A stretch of DNA of 64,000 bases from a virus, in the IMG/VR virus record IMGVR_UViG_3300023179_003528, positions 12,455 through 76,454 of that record. One strand, given 5' to 3'. The notes beneath the pieces were generated by a model. That model was given only the letters and a program-made list of their open reading frames with translations. It did not search any database and had not been told where the DNA came from. The position numbers and the translations under genes are program-made. Positions 17,176-27,400 of this stretch are shown here, piece after piece. Positions within the stretch are counted from its first letter, which is position 1, and the number at the start of each line of letters is the position of its first letter.

Positions 17176-18411
17176 ATGGCTGTAATGAAGTCTGAAAAAA
17201 CTAGTAAGATTGAGGCACGTGAATTTAGTCAATCTGAGAAAAATAAAATAGTTGAAAAGCTGGTAACCGCTCGAATCGGTCTGCTACTGCGTCATCCGTT
17301 TTTTGGCAATCTTGCCACACGTATGAAACTAATTGATGCTACAAATTGGTGTCCTACATTGGCCACAGATGGTCGTAATTTTTACTATAATAATGATTTC
17401 GTAAATAAACTGACTCCTAAACAGGCCGAGTTTGGATTCGCACACGAAGTTCTACACAACATATTTGACCATATTGGTCGTAGAGAAAACCGCGACCCGC
17501 AACTCAGTAACATTGCCGCAGATTTTGCAGTCAATCAAATCCTAAAAGATGAACGTATCGGCGAAGTACCAGATTGGATCAAAATTTTCCAAGACAACAG
17601 ATACCGTGGCATGAGCTATGAGGAAATCTATTCGGACCTTGAAAGCCGCGCCTGTAAAATAAATATTGGTTCTCTAGGAGAACTGTTAGATGAGCACCTA
17701 GACGGTGAAGGCGACGGTGAAGGTGGTGATGAAGATGGTAAGGGTCGTCCTAAACTTACTCCAGATGAAAAGAAAGCCATACGAGATGAAATCAAAGAGG
17801 CCATGATAGCGGCTGCACAGGCCGCTGGCGCAGGAAAAGTGCCTGCGGGAATCGCCCGTCTTATCAAAGACTTTACTGAACCTAAAATGGATTGGCGCCA
17901 ATTGCTGCGTATGAATATTCAAAGTATTATCAAAAGTAACTACAGTTTTAGCCGCCCGAATCGTAAAAGCCAGCATTGCGGTGCCATATTACCAGGTCTA
18001 TTAAATGAAGAAACCATTGACGTATCAGTTGCGATTGATATGAGTGGCAGTATTTCAGATTCACAGGCCAAGGACTTTATCAGTGAAGTAAAGGGTATCA
18101 TGGAGGAATACAAAGACTTCAATTTAGATCTCTGGTGCTTTGATACTGAGGTTTATAATTATGCCAAATTCACCGGTAATACTGCTGACGATATCATGTC
18201 ATACCAAATTAAAGGTGGCGGTGGTACACTGTTCGAAGCAAATTGGGAATTTATGAAAGAAGAGGGCATTGAGCCAAAACGTTTTATTATGTTCACAGAC
18301 GGCTATCCTGGAGGCTCTTGGGGCGATGAGGACTATTGCGAAACCCTGTTTGTAATTCATGGTAACGAAACCATAATTGCACCGTTTGGCCAGACTGCCT
18401 ACTATAAATAA
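17176..18411 (+). CDS. HExxH metallopeptidase-like plus vWA domain protein (DUF2201-type MoxR partner)
   Basis: ATDG, AHEVLH, MIDAS DMSGS, GGGGT and FTDG motifs. Confidence 0.88.
   Translation: MAVMKSEKTSKIEAREFSQSEKNKIVEKLVTARIGLLLRHPFFGNLATRMKLIDATNWCPTLATDGRNFYYNNDFVNKLTPKQAEFGFAHEVLHNIFDHIGRRENRDPQLSNIAADFAVNQILKDERIGEVPDWIKIFQDNRYRGMSYEEIYSDLESRACKINIGSLGELLDEHLDGEGDGEGGDEDGKGRPKLTPDEKKAIRDEIKEAMIAAAQAAGAGKVPAGIARLIKDFTEPKMDWRQLLRMNIQSIIKSNYSFSRPNRKSQHCGAILPGLLNEETIDVSVAIDMSGSISDSQAKDFISEVKGIMEEYKDFNLDLWCFDTEVYNYAKFTGNTADDIMSYQIKGGGGTLFEANWEFMKEEGIEPKRFIMFTDGYPGGSWGDEDYCETLFVIHGNETIIAPFGQTAYYK
18403..18410 (+). promoter_or_regulatory. T4-type late promoter TATAAATA
   Basis: Exact T4 late consensus at the gene boundary. 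Confidence 0.6.
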
Positions 18412-18423
18412 ACTTAGTAGATA

Positions 18424-18717
18424 ATGTCTTTAAGTAGAGGTGAACTTAATCCGTTGGGTGTTTTGGGACAAAGAAAGTTAACTTTCATTCCAAAACACTT
18501 TGTTAAAATATCTATTCCTATATATTTTTCTATTGAAATAGATAATTGGATTAACTACAACCTTAATGGAAGATATGCTATTAAACATAAACTAGTTATA
18601 GATCAATCTAACAAACTAATTGAAACATTAGAAATCGGACTAGAAGATCCTATGGAACTTACCATGTTCACATTAGGATGCCCATATTTACATGAAAAAG
18701 GAAAGGATTTATTTTAA
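18424..18717 (+). CDS. hypothetical protein
   Basis: 97 aa, coupled to the next gene. Confidence 0.65.
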   Translation: MSLSRGELNPLGVLGQRKLTFIPKHFVKISIPIYFSIEIDNWINYNLNGRYAIKHKLVIDQSNKLIETLEIGLEDPMELTMFTLGCPYLHEKGKDLF

Positions 18718-18914
18718 TGGAAAATCAAACTGCTCAACCAGAACTTAGCCTCACTGATCTTGCCAATATTAGATCAATTATTGATACTGCCTCACGCAGA
18801 GGCGCATTTCATGCCGCCGAAATGAGTGCTGTAGGTTCCGTATTTGATAGGCTCAATAACTTCTTAACTGCGGTTACACCTAAACCATCAGAAGAAGCAG
18901 CACCACAAGAATAA
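18717..18914 (+). CDS. hypothetical protein
   Basis: 65 aa, IIDTASRRGAF motif. Confidence 0.7.
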   Translation: MENQTAQPELSLTDLANIRSIIDTASRRGAFHAAEMSAVGSVFDRLNNFLTAVTPKPSEEAAPQE

Positions 18915-18924
18915 GGAATATAAA

Positions 18925-19572
18925 ATGAAGCATGTAGGTAAGATGAAAAACAACGGAGCAAAAATAGTCATTGTATATAGGACTATCCCTGGCGATTCTA
19001 ACAGTGCTCTGGTAGTTGGCACCAATGGTTTAGGTGAAAGTTATCACGATGCTCTTATGAGTTTAATACAAGATTCAGCAGGACAAAATGCACATGAGTT
19101 AGCAGATATTCTATCTGTAAGATCTTTCCCAGATGGTTCTAATATGTTGCAATTTTTGCACACAAGAGGACATCTTAAAAAGGTTCCTACAAATGGTGTT
19201 TTGGTTACTCCTACACCAAATGACAGCATACCACTGAGCGAACTCAATATTCTAATTGCAGAACAAAAAGGCATTACAGTAGATGAACTGGCAGTAACCG
19301 ACGGTTCAAAATCCAAAAAGAAAAAAGACGATGTAACAAAAACTACTTCATCTAGTGTATCAGGTGAAGACTATCACGAAGAACTGCCTGTAGACGTCAA
19401 ACCTACAGATGTTAAGGTTACTTCGGATATAGATACACCTGTTACTGCTTCTGCTCTACGTACAATGGCAGATAAACTGTTTAAAGAAGCACAGGCATTA
19501 AGGAAAAAAGCTGAGGAAATGGAACCTTCTATAAAGAAAGAACGATCAACAAAAACAGCCAAGGTATCTTAA
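18925..19572 (+). CDS. hypothetical protein
   Basis: 215 aa, TAAGGA RBS. Confidence 0.8.
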   Translation: MKHVGKMKNNGAKIVIVYRTIPGDSNSALVVGTNGLGESYHDALMSLIQDSAGQNAHELADILSVRSFPDGSNMLQFLHTRGHLKKVPTNGVLVTPTPNDSIPLSELNILIAEQKGITVDELAVTDGSKSKKKKDDVTKTTSSSVSGEDYHEELPVDVKPTDVKVTSDIDTPVTASALRTMADKLFKEAQALRKKAEEMEPSIKKERSTKTAKVS

Positions 19573-19757
19573 TGAATTTTAAAGTAGGCGACCGGGTAGT
19601 TAAAGTATCTGGTTATACTTGGCCTGGTGTGGTAGTCAGTGTGTTTGATACACTGAAAGGTGAACGAAGAGTTGTTGTAGAATGTACCGTAGCAGAAGTA
19701 GCAGGCGCACTTCATATCTATAATGAAAATCAACTAAAACTGTCAGACAATGACTGA
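19572..19757 (+). CDS. type II (R67/DfrB-like) dihydrofolate reductase homologue, SH3-like fold
   Basis: FKVGDRVVKVSGYTWPGVVV...VVE...GALHIY aligns by eye with R67 [20 protein letters not shown]...AVE...GSVQIY; overlaps thyA. Confidence 0.7.
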   Translation: MNFKVGDRVVKVSGYTWPGVVVSVFDTLKGERRVVVECTVAEVAGALHIYNENQLKLSDND

Positions 19758-20631
19758 ACAATCATATCTAAATACACTTCAAGATATTTTAGATAATGGT
19801 GAATATAGACCTGACAGAACAGGGATAGGAACCATTTCAAAATTTGGTTTAAATATGAAGTTTGACTTAACCAAAGGATTTCCTGCGATCACAACAAAGA
19901 AATTGGCTTGGCTAAGTGTGGTAAGCGAATTACTTTGGTTCATTGAAGGCAGCGGAGATGAATATAGGCTAAAAGAAATACTATATGGAGAACGGTATGA
20001 TAGCCGTAAAACCATATGGACTGATAATGCTACTGCACCTTATTGGACGTCTAGAAAAGTTGCAAGACATGCAGGAGACCTAGGTAGAATATACGGTGTT
20101 CAATGGCGTAGATGGCGTAAGCCACTAATCAGAGTCAATAAGGTTATATTAGCCAACCATGATCAACTATTAGATCTAGTGGATGGGATTAAAAAAGATC
20201 CTTATAGTAGAAGACATATTATCACAGCGTGGAACCCAGGTGAACTTGAATTAATGGCTTTACCACCTTGCCACATGATGGCACAATTTTATGTTACAAA
20301 CGATAAAAAATTAAGTTGTCAGATGTATCAGCGTAGTGCGGATATGTTTCTGGGGGTGCCATTTAACATCGCTAGTTATGCCTTGTTTACACATATGCTT
20401 GCTCAAACATGTAATCTCGACGTAGGGGAATTAACTATCGCTCTAGGGGACGCTCACATTTACACTAATCATATAGATCAAGTAAAAGAACAACTACTTA
20501 GACAACCTTTAGATATGCCAAAACTTGAATTGAATTCGGATGTAAAAGATATAACTAAGTTTACAATGAAAGATATATCTTTAGTAAATTACAAACACCA
20601 TGACGCCATAAAAGCAGATATGGCTGTTTGA
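19750..20631 (+). CDS. thyA: thymidylate synthase ThyA
   Basis: DRTG, TTKK, ELLWF, YGVQWR, SRR, ALPPCH, QRSAD..LGVPFN and GDAHIY motifs. Confidence 0.97.
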   Translation: MTEQSYLNTLQDILDNGEYRPDRTGIGTISKFGLNMKFDLTKGFPAITTKKLAWLSVVSELLWFIEGSGDEYRLKEILYGERYDSRKTIWTDNATAPYWTSRKVARHAGDLGRIYGVQWRRWRKPLIRVNKVILANHDQLLDLVDGIKKDPYSRRHIITAWNPGELELMALPPCHMMAQFYVTNDKKLSCQMYQRSADMFLGVPFNIASYALFTHMLAQTCNLDVGELTIALGDAHIYTNHIDQVKEQLLRQPLDMPKLELNSDVKDITKFTMKDISLVNYKHHDAIKADMAV

Positions 20632-21399
20632 TTACCAAAAATGTGCCCCTAAATTTATTTTTCTCCAACTATTAGTGGCGGTGCATACATACAAAAATCC
20701 ACCGTCCCAAACCATAGTTCCCTTTTTTCCTGTAGAGTTCGATGCTGTAGGAACAGTAACATCTAACCCAAATTGAACACTACCGCTAATCTGAATATTA
20801 CCTAAAATATTCAATCCGGCTACAGTTTGCGTGGTGTGGTCAGTAATATAATTATAGGCAGAACTATCACTTACGTTAAAAGATTCGTGAGTAATATAAC
20901 CTATAACATTGTCGTAATTCTTTATTAAGGTTACGTCTCTAGGATCATCATCTATGTCATTAATTACAGTAGAGGGCAAAACCCAACCATTTTCACCAAC
21001 TTCTGCAGGAAATGCTGGTCCGACAAGATAGACAACTCCATCATAATAAGTTTTTAATTGTTCATCGGTTGTATCCCACCACAGATCCCCAGAATTCAAA
21101 TTATCAGGCTCTTGATCTGCGGTAATAGCTCCGGCAACAGGTTTAAATGATCCATCATATACCTTTAATCTCTGTGCTGTGGTATCATACCAAAGTTGTC
21201 CTGTTAATGGATTTTGAGGAGGGTTGTTAGTGGACGAAGCATTATTAGCCAATAATTTTATAAGATTATTATTATAAATCTCTCCGTATCCACTATAATT
21301 TTTACCAACCAAAGTCAAACTAGTAGATAATTTATCAATAGTTTTGTCTGCCAATGTTACTAAAATTGTTCCATCTGTGTTTAGTATGGTATAAGCCAT
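20632..21399 (-). CDS. baseplate/fibre-associated structural protein
   Basis: TSLTLVGKNYSGYG...GQLWYDT module shared with the neighbouring gene; C-terminal YVC..N.W module. Confidence 0.6.
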   Translation of the reverse strand: MAYTILNTDGTILVTLADKTIDKLSTSLTLVGKNYSGYGEIYNNNLIKLLANNASSTNNPPQNPLTGQLWYDTTAQRLKVYDGSFKPVAGAITADQEPDNLNSGDLWWDTTDEQLKTYYDGVVYLVGPAFPAEVGENGWVLPSTVINDIDDDPRDVTLIKNYDNVIGYITHESFNVSDSSAYNYITDHTTQTVAGLNILGNIQISGSVQFGLDVTVPTASNSTGKKGTMVWDGGFLYVCTATNSWRKINLGAHFW

Positions 21400-21400
21400 A

Positions 21401-22867
21401 TTATTCTACCTTAATTATGTAATAGGTTACTTTAGATCCAATGTTAAAATATAGGTTAGGTAAACTAAACAATGGATCGACTCCACCGTAATAAGTTCCT
21501 ATTACATTAAACAAATCAGGATAATTGGTTTTGTTTAAAACTGCACCTGTACATACCATCCATCCATCCGGTATAGCATTTGTCACTGTAGATCCCGCAA
21601 ATAATTGTAATGTGCCTGTACTGGAATAATAATTGCGGGCATATACATTTCTGGCATGTATATCTCCAAATGGCTGAGATTTTGTTCCTATGCTATTTGT
21701 AGACGTTGTGGCTCTTACGTTATTAACAAACAATGTATTAGAACTAGTAGTAATACCTGTTAAACTTACTGCTCCACTTACACTCACTCTCCCTGTTAAC
21801 GTAGTTTCACCAGTAACAGTCAACGAACCTAGTGTTGCAGCACTTGTTACAGTAAAGTTTCCTGTTACCTTAGTATTCTTTTTTAGATTAATTTGTGTAA
21901 GATCTACATCAACTATTGGGTTCGAATCACCTAATAATTTAACTAAAAATTTACCACTTGCTTTGTTATTATAAACAACTGCATCATCTGAATCTTTGTA
22001 AAATTGAACATATTCAGTTGTAGGTGTGCCATCAATTCTTATTACAACACCATCTCTACCTTTTGCCGCTGTTTGGTTTGATGGCGTATTATAAATGATA
22101 CTGCCAGTTATTAACTGTCCATTAGCCGTACTATCATTTTTTCTAAGATAACTTGTAGCAGCGAATTCTCCCAACTTATCTGCATTAGTTGCTGTGCCTT
22201 GAAATTTCGCCACAGTTCCAACGACACCAAATGAGGATGTAGATAAATTTACACCTGGTTTGATGCTGTCAAAACCTTCATAAACAGGCAAATAAGAATT
22301 TATTGTAGCAGTAGATGTTATAGAAATTACATTACCATCTGCCCACGTAAACACACAATCATGTTTTATAGATGTATCACTAGCGTCGGTAATTTCCTCA
22401 ACTGTAACACCAGATTGTTCTGCTCCTCCCGATGACGGTCCTACCGTAATCCAATTATTATTGCTAAACAATTTAATTTGATTATATGCAGTATCAATCC
22501 ATAAGTCACCGTCTTTCAATGCCTCAGCGCCGTATATTCGTGGATCAGTTCCTTGCTGATATAACCCTGTAGCAGATGGCCAACGAGTCAACGTCGATGA
22601 GCCATCCATAATTCTTAGAACTTTACGATTAGGATTGCTAGTATCATACCATAATTGTCCTTGTATAGGATTTTCAGGCGGTATTGGTCCAGCAAAGTTT
22701 TCTAGTAAACTTAAAAAATTCTGAGCATATTTCTCACCGTAGTTAGGATAACCTCTACCTAACAGGCTTAAACTTGTATCAACTGTGTTAATGCCCGGAG
22801 GCATTGGTGGAACAACTACTGTAGAAGTATTTGTAGGATCCGAAAATCTAAGAGTATATCCTGACAT
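21401..22867 (-). CDS. tail fibre/baseplate protein with C-terminal tail-collar domain
   Basis: IPDGWMVCTG...YPDLFNVIG..YGG...FSLPNL...YIIK collar motif. Confidence 0.75.
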   Translation of the reverse strand: MSGYTLRFSDPTNTSTVVVPPMPPGINTVDTSLSLLGRGYPNYGEKYAQNFLSLLENFAGPIPPENPIQGQLWYDTSNPNRKVLRIMDGSSTLTRWPSATGLYQQGTDPRIYGAEALKDGDLWIDTAYNQIKLFSNNNWITVGPSSGGAEQSGVTVEEITDASDTSIKHDCVFTWADGNVISITSTATINSYLPVYEGFDSIKPGVNLSTSSFGVVGTVAKFQGTATNADKLGEFAATSYLRKNDSTANGQLITGSIIYNTPSNQTAAKGRDGVVIRIDGTPTTEYVQFYKDSDDAVVYNNKASGKFLVKLLGDSNPIVDVDLTQINLKKNTKVTGNFTVTSAATLGSLTVTGETTLTGRVSVSGAVSLTGITTSSNTLFVNNVRATTSTNSIGTKSQPFGDIHARNVYARNYYSSTGTLQLFAGSTVTNAIPDGWMVCTGAVLNKTNYPDLFNVIGTYYGGVDPLFSLPNLYFNIGSKVTYYIIKVE

Positions 22868-22869
22868 AA

Positions 22870-23532
22870 TTACATTCCATCAGTTAGACTCTGTATTCTA
22901 ACTGTATAATCAATCTGTATCATTCTGTTCAGAGATTTTTGAACAGGATGAAAAATTACATGTGTTAACAAATCTCCTTGGCCTTCTCCGTCTGGACTAT
23001 AAGAACGTAAACCTAACTCGTCAAAAACATATGTTCCTTCTGAGTTGGTAGCATTATCAAATGCCGCCTGCCCTGCTGGTTCTCCAAAATCTAATAGACA
23101 ACTTACTAGAATATCACTGTAGGTAGTGCCTAATACGTGTCTTACTTCCATAAAATTTCTAGCAGGATCTATACTACTAGACTGCTTTGCATCTACGACT
23201 TTGTAATAAGTTTCATTATAAAGCGCACTATTTAGACCAACAGTGTTTGGTGTTAGATAGGTAATTATTCCAGTTTCGTCAACTCTTGTTCCACCATTAC
23301 CAAAAACCATTTCACTAATAGTGCCGAAACCTTGATTACTTATACTCCTCGCCAGGGCCAAACTAAAGTTCTCATAATGAATAGCATTACGCTTATCTAT
23401 GAACACTTCTTTTGTCATAGGATCAAATATCTTAATATGACCTTGAATCCTAACTGAACCTTGCTCGTTAGGCTTCTTTTCTTGTTGATTTTGCACAGTA
23501 TTAGACTGGTTTTTGTTGTCTTTATTATTCAT
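22870..23532 (-). CDS. virion structural protein (baseplate region)
   Basis: ~220 aa, FDELGL...THVIFHPVQKSLNR motif; start is 23532 or 23535. Confidence 0.6.
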   Translation of the reverse strand: MNNKDNKNQSNTVQNQQEKKPNEQGSVRIQGHIKIFDPMTKEVFIDKRNAIHYENFSLALARSISNQGFGTISEMVFGNGGTRVDETGIITYLTPNTVGLNSALYNETYYKVVDAKQSSSIDPARNFMEVRHVLGTTYSDILVSCLLDFGEPAGQAAFDNATNSEGTYVFDELGLRSYSPDGEGQGDLLTHVIFHPVQKSLNRMIQIDYTVRIQSLTDGM

Positions 23533-23553
23533 CATAATATTTATTCCGCTATA

Positions 23554-24447
23554 TCAAGGCCATGTTAGGTCAAAGGGTGCCCTGCCCCATAGGTTAACAC
23601 CAACACAGACATAGAGATATCCAGTGTCATAGGCTATTTCACCTACAGATCCGTTACTACTGGGAGACAACGGCACAGCAGAAACTACCAAGGTGTTAGG
23701 TCCAGTAGCACCTGTAGCACCTGCACCTGTTGGTCCCTGTGGCCCTGTGGCCCCTGTGACCCCTATAGGCCCCTGTGGCCCGCTAGGTCCTTGTGGTCCT
23801 GTTATACCAATTGGTCCGCTAGGTCCTTGTGGTCCTGTTATACCAATTGGTCCGCTAGGTCCTTGTGGTCCTGTTGCTCCAGTAGGCCCTTGTGGACCGG
23901 TTGGGCCACGAAAACCCGGAAGACCTTGAGACCCTGTTGGACCATCTACACCGCTAGGTCCACTGGGTCCTTGTGGTCCAGTTGCCCCTGTAGATCCTTG
24001 TGGTCCTTGAGGTCCTTGTGGTCCACCGCTGGGTCCTGTGGGTCCAGTTATACCAATTGCGCCGCTAGGCCCGCTTGGTCCTTGAGGTCCTGTGGCGCCA
24101 GTGGCGCCTGTGGCTCCCGACCCTGTAGCACCAATTGATCCGCTTGGTCCCTGAGGTCCTGTGGATCCTGTAGATCCAGGTACGCCATATCCAATAGGTC
24201 CTTGAGGTCCGCTAGGTCCTTGTGGACCGGCTACATTACTGGCAGCACCAGTAGCTCCTGGCGCACCGGTAGCTCCTGTCTGACCTGTTATGCCAGTTGG
24301 ACCCGTTGCACCCATGAAATCATTGCCCTGTATCTGATTAATAAGAGTTTGAAATCTAATTCTCTTAGCTAAACCATAATCAGATACAACAAAAAATGTT
24401 TCGTTGGTAGCGGTATTCAGTAATTGTATTTGCGATATTTTTGGCAT
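23554..24447 (-). CDS. collagen-like (Gly-X-Y) fibre protein
   Basis: About 200 aa of [12 protein letters not shown] triplets between short globular ends. Confidence 0.9.
   Translation of the reverse strand: MPKISQIQLLNTATNETFFVVSDYGLAKRIRFQTLINQIQGNDFMGATGPTGITGQTGATGAPGATGAASNVAGPQGPSGPQGPIGYGVPGSTGSTGPQGPSGSIGATGSGATGATGATGPQGPSGPSGAIGITGPTGPSGGPQGPQGPQGSTGATGPQGPSGPSGVDGPTGSQGLPGFRGPTGPQGPTGATGPQGPSGPIGITGPQGPSGPIGITGPQGPSGPQGPIGVTGATGPQGPTGAGATGATGPNTLVVSAVPLSPSSNGSVGEIAYDTGYLYVCVGVNLWGRAPFDLTWP
23780..23875. repeat. 36-bp perfect tandem repeat (2.7 copies) in the collagen gene
   Basis: CCGCTAGGTCCTTGTGGTCCTGTTATACCAATTGGT at 23780 and 23816, partial at 23852. Confidence 0.9.
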
Positions 24448-24448
24448 A

Positions 24449-27400
24449 TTATAATTCCTCTAGCGGCTCATTATCTTGGTCTGTTAGGGCAAATCCTCCC
24501 TCATTAGTGATTGCAACATCGCCACCATAATAGTAACTATCTGGCAATTCAGCAGGTCTAGCCTGTAAGAATCTTGCAGGCACTGTGGTGCTGGTCATTA
24601 GTGAATATGTAGATGTGCTATTTACTACATCGTTCCATACATCCTCTGCATCAAATTCACGTTTAATAATCACTAACTTAATATTCTGCTGCACACTCTC
24701 TTTAATATTTAAACTAATAGTTTGATCTTTTATACTAAACTCAGGTGGTAAATAATCTATGCCGCTGTATTCATAACCGTTGAACGAACCATATTTGTCA
24801 GAGTTAGTATAAACCCAAACTTGGTTAGTAGAAGTAATAACATAGGCAGTGCCTAATACTGTAGTTTCTGGAAGATAGGACACTTCAGATATCCATCTAT
24901 TTTTACGGCCTTCCTCAGAATTCTTTATGGAATTTTCAATTTCCTCATCAGTCAATGAACCACTATTCCCTACATAATTAGACACCCAATAGTTTAATTC
25001 GCCTTGGTCTGGATTTCTATTAAAATACTTTAGATAATATCCAATTACCGTAGGAGCATAATTAGATGGATCAGCAACAGAAACAGTGACACTTGTGCCG
25101 TAAATGGGAGGTTTAGGAATATTTAAAAAGTACGGTGTATCATAGGTAAACTCTATGTCCTGCCTAAATGTTCCAACTTTGTTCAATACTCTACCGCCGT
25201 AAACAACTGTAACTTGGTCCTCTAATCTAATCGGATTTGGCACTGAGGTTGTTGTGTTTATTGTATTTAAAATTATTCCATCGTTGGTCAGTGTGCTATA
25301 CGAAACTGTTTGACCAAGATAATTTGTGCTTACTGTAGATGTAGTAAACGACAATGTACTAATGTAGTAGGTATTACTATTTGCCTGTGTATAATGCACC
25401 TGTTTTAAAATTCTTTCAGTAAATGGTATTGTCTGTTGACTACCTTGATCAATAACTTTTGTATTTTCACGTGAATAAAAACTTGGGCTTGTTCCTAGCG
25501 TTCCTCTTCTTAGCTGAGACAATACATTGCTAGCAACCTTAAAAAATTCAATGCGTTCGGCATCTACAATGATTACTCCTGGAAGATTTTTTTCTATGTC
25601 TGGACTGGTTAAAACTTCTGCATCAGCCACATGAATTTCTAGATCATATACTGATAGAGGTTGAGTAAGATAAGTTGAATTCTCTTTACTTAATCGTTTA
25701 AAATGTGTCCTATTAAAAATATCATTAAAAATTCTATAGCCTAAAATTGTAGTGGCTAACTGCTCATTGCTGAACGTAATTATTGTAACCTCATTAACTT
25801 CTGAATGATAAAATTTATCTGAGATTTGAATAGTTACTGCATCACCTAGTATTTCATAATCATAATGATTAACTAGAGGAACACCATCAACAATAACCCA
25901 GACGTAATCTATGTCTAAAGCAGGACGACTAATCACATAACGTCTAGCAGGGTTACCTCTAAAACGTTCTGTTCTCATCAGCATATCGTCATGATTATTA
26001 TAGGTTATAACTTTTAATTCATAGGGATATGTTGCCGATCCTGGAGGGGCAATTGTCAATTGATTGCCTACAATATCGTAATCATAACTATATGATCCAG
26101 TTTGTGAAATAGCGGCTATGGCTATCACATCACCGTTAACAATAGGCACCAGTATAGAAAAAGTATTAGGAATTCCACTATAAGCATAATCAAAACCTCT
26201 TCTTAGTTCTCTTCCATTTAAATAAGCCCTAACATCTGTAACACTTCCATAATTTACACCGTATGTATCAATTTTATAGGCTGTAATTAAAGCATTGCTT
26301 ACTTTGAAATAAGTTACATCAGGAGGACGCAAAAGTTTTCTTAACCCCGACGAATTAGATTCTACAATAGTTTGAGCCACTACTGGTTCTATGCTTCCCG
26401 GTGGATATGTTAATACCCATGAAACTTCCCCAGCATTATCAACCACCAGTATTTCTTCATTTATTTCATTAAAATATCTTTGAGCTGTTCCAAAAAACCA
26501 TGCTGTTACTGTAGCGGTCGTAGAGTCATCTATATTGTAGACATTAACTGCTGCTCTATTACTGTTTTCATTTGCATAGGTTAATATATAACCATAATCA
26601 GTTGTTGTTGTAACTTCATTAATGGCTGAACCGTTCACTGTAACATAGGCACTTTTAACTGTGCCCAATTGTGCTAAACTTTGCAGTTGAACTGAAGAGG
26701 TATTATTTGCTATGACACTAACTGTATCAATAACACCTGCTTCTTTAAAATCTCTACCTCCACCAACACTTATTATACTCACACCCAATATGCCTTTAAT
26801 ATCCTGAGGAGGAATAATTATGTCATTAGAGGACCATTCTATACTAAACTCTGTAGATGTTGTAAAGTTTGTTGTTGAATTATAGGACATTAGCCTATTC
26901 TCAAACGTTACCACTAAAGAACTACTGTTAGGTGGAGTGATACTCAAATGCCTTGTGCTTAAGGATCCTGGATAGATAACATAGTAGGTATTAACAATAA
27001 TAGGGGCACCTTCAGGATGCTTGGTGTAGACATTTATACCGGTACTTTGATTTATTTCTCCCGGAACTAATTCTTCTGGTGCATAAGTGTGGTTAGGGCT
27101 TATAAATGCTTCGCCATCAATTGTAATATCTTCAGGATTTATTCCTAATGCTGCTATTCTGGTGCTAGTGGTCCAAGATCCGCCTTCTATAGCACTGTCT
27201 AAAATTGTAGTTTCTGTATCATAAGTCCAGAATTCTATACTGGCTATACTGGTTGTGTTAGTGTATGTCCCATCTACAAAAACAGTAGAAATGGTTGCTG
27301 TTAAAGGCAGTCGTGTAGATGTTGTTAATGTAACAGTTCTAGCAGAAGTATTTACAGATTGAACTCGTGGCGTAACATTAAAGAAGCTACCAGAAAGTTG

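Noticed and set aside
19750-20631. T4 td-like intron in thyA, or inteins in polymerase, gp46 or portal
   Set aside because: The ORFs are continuous, of ordinary length, and lack splice-junction motifs.
23693-24138. + strand Gly-Pro-rich and repetitive ORFs
   Set aside because: They are the antisense mirror of the collagen-like gene.
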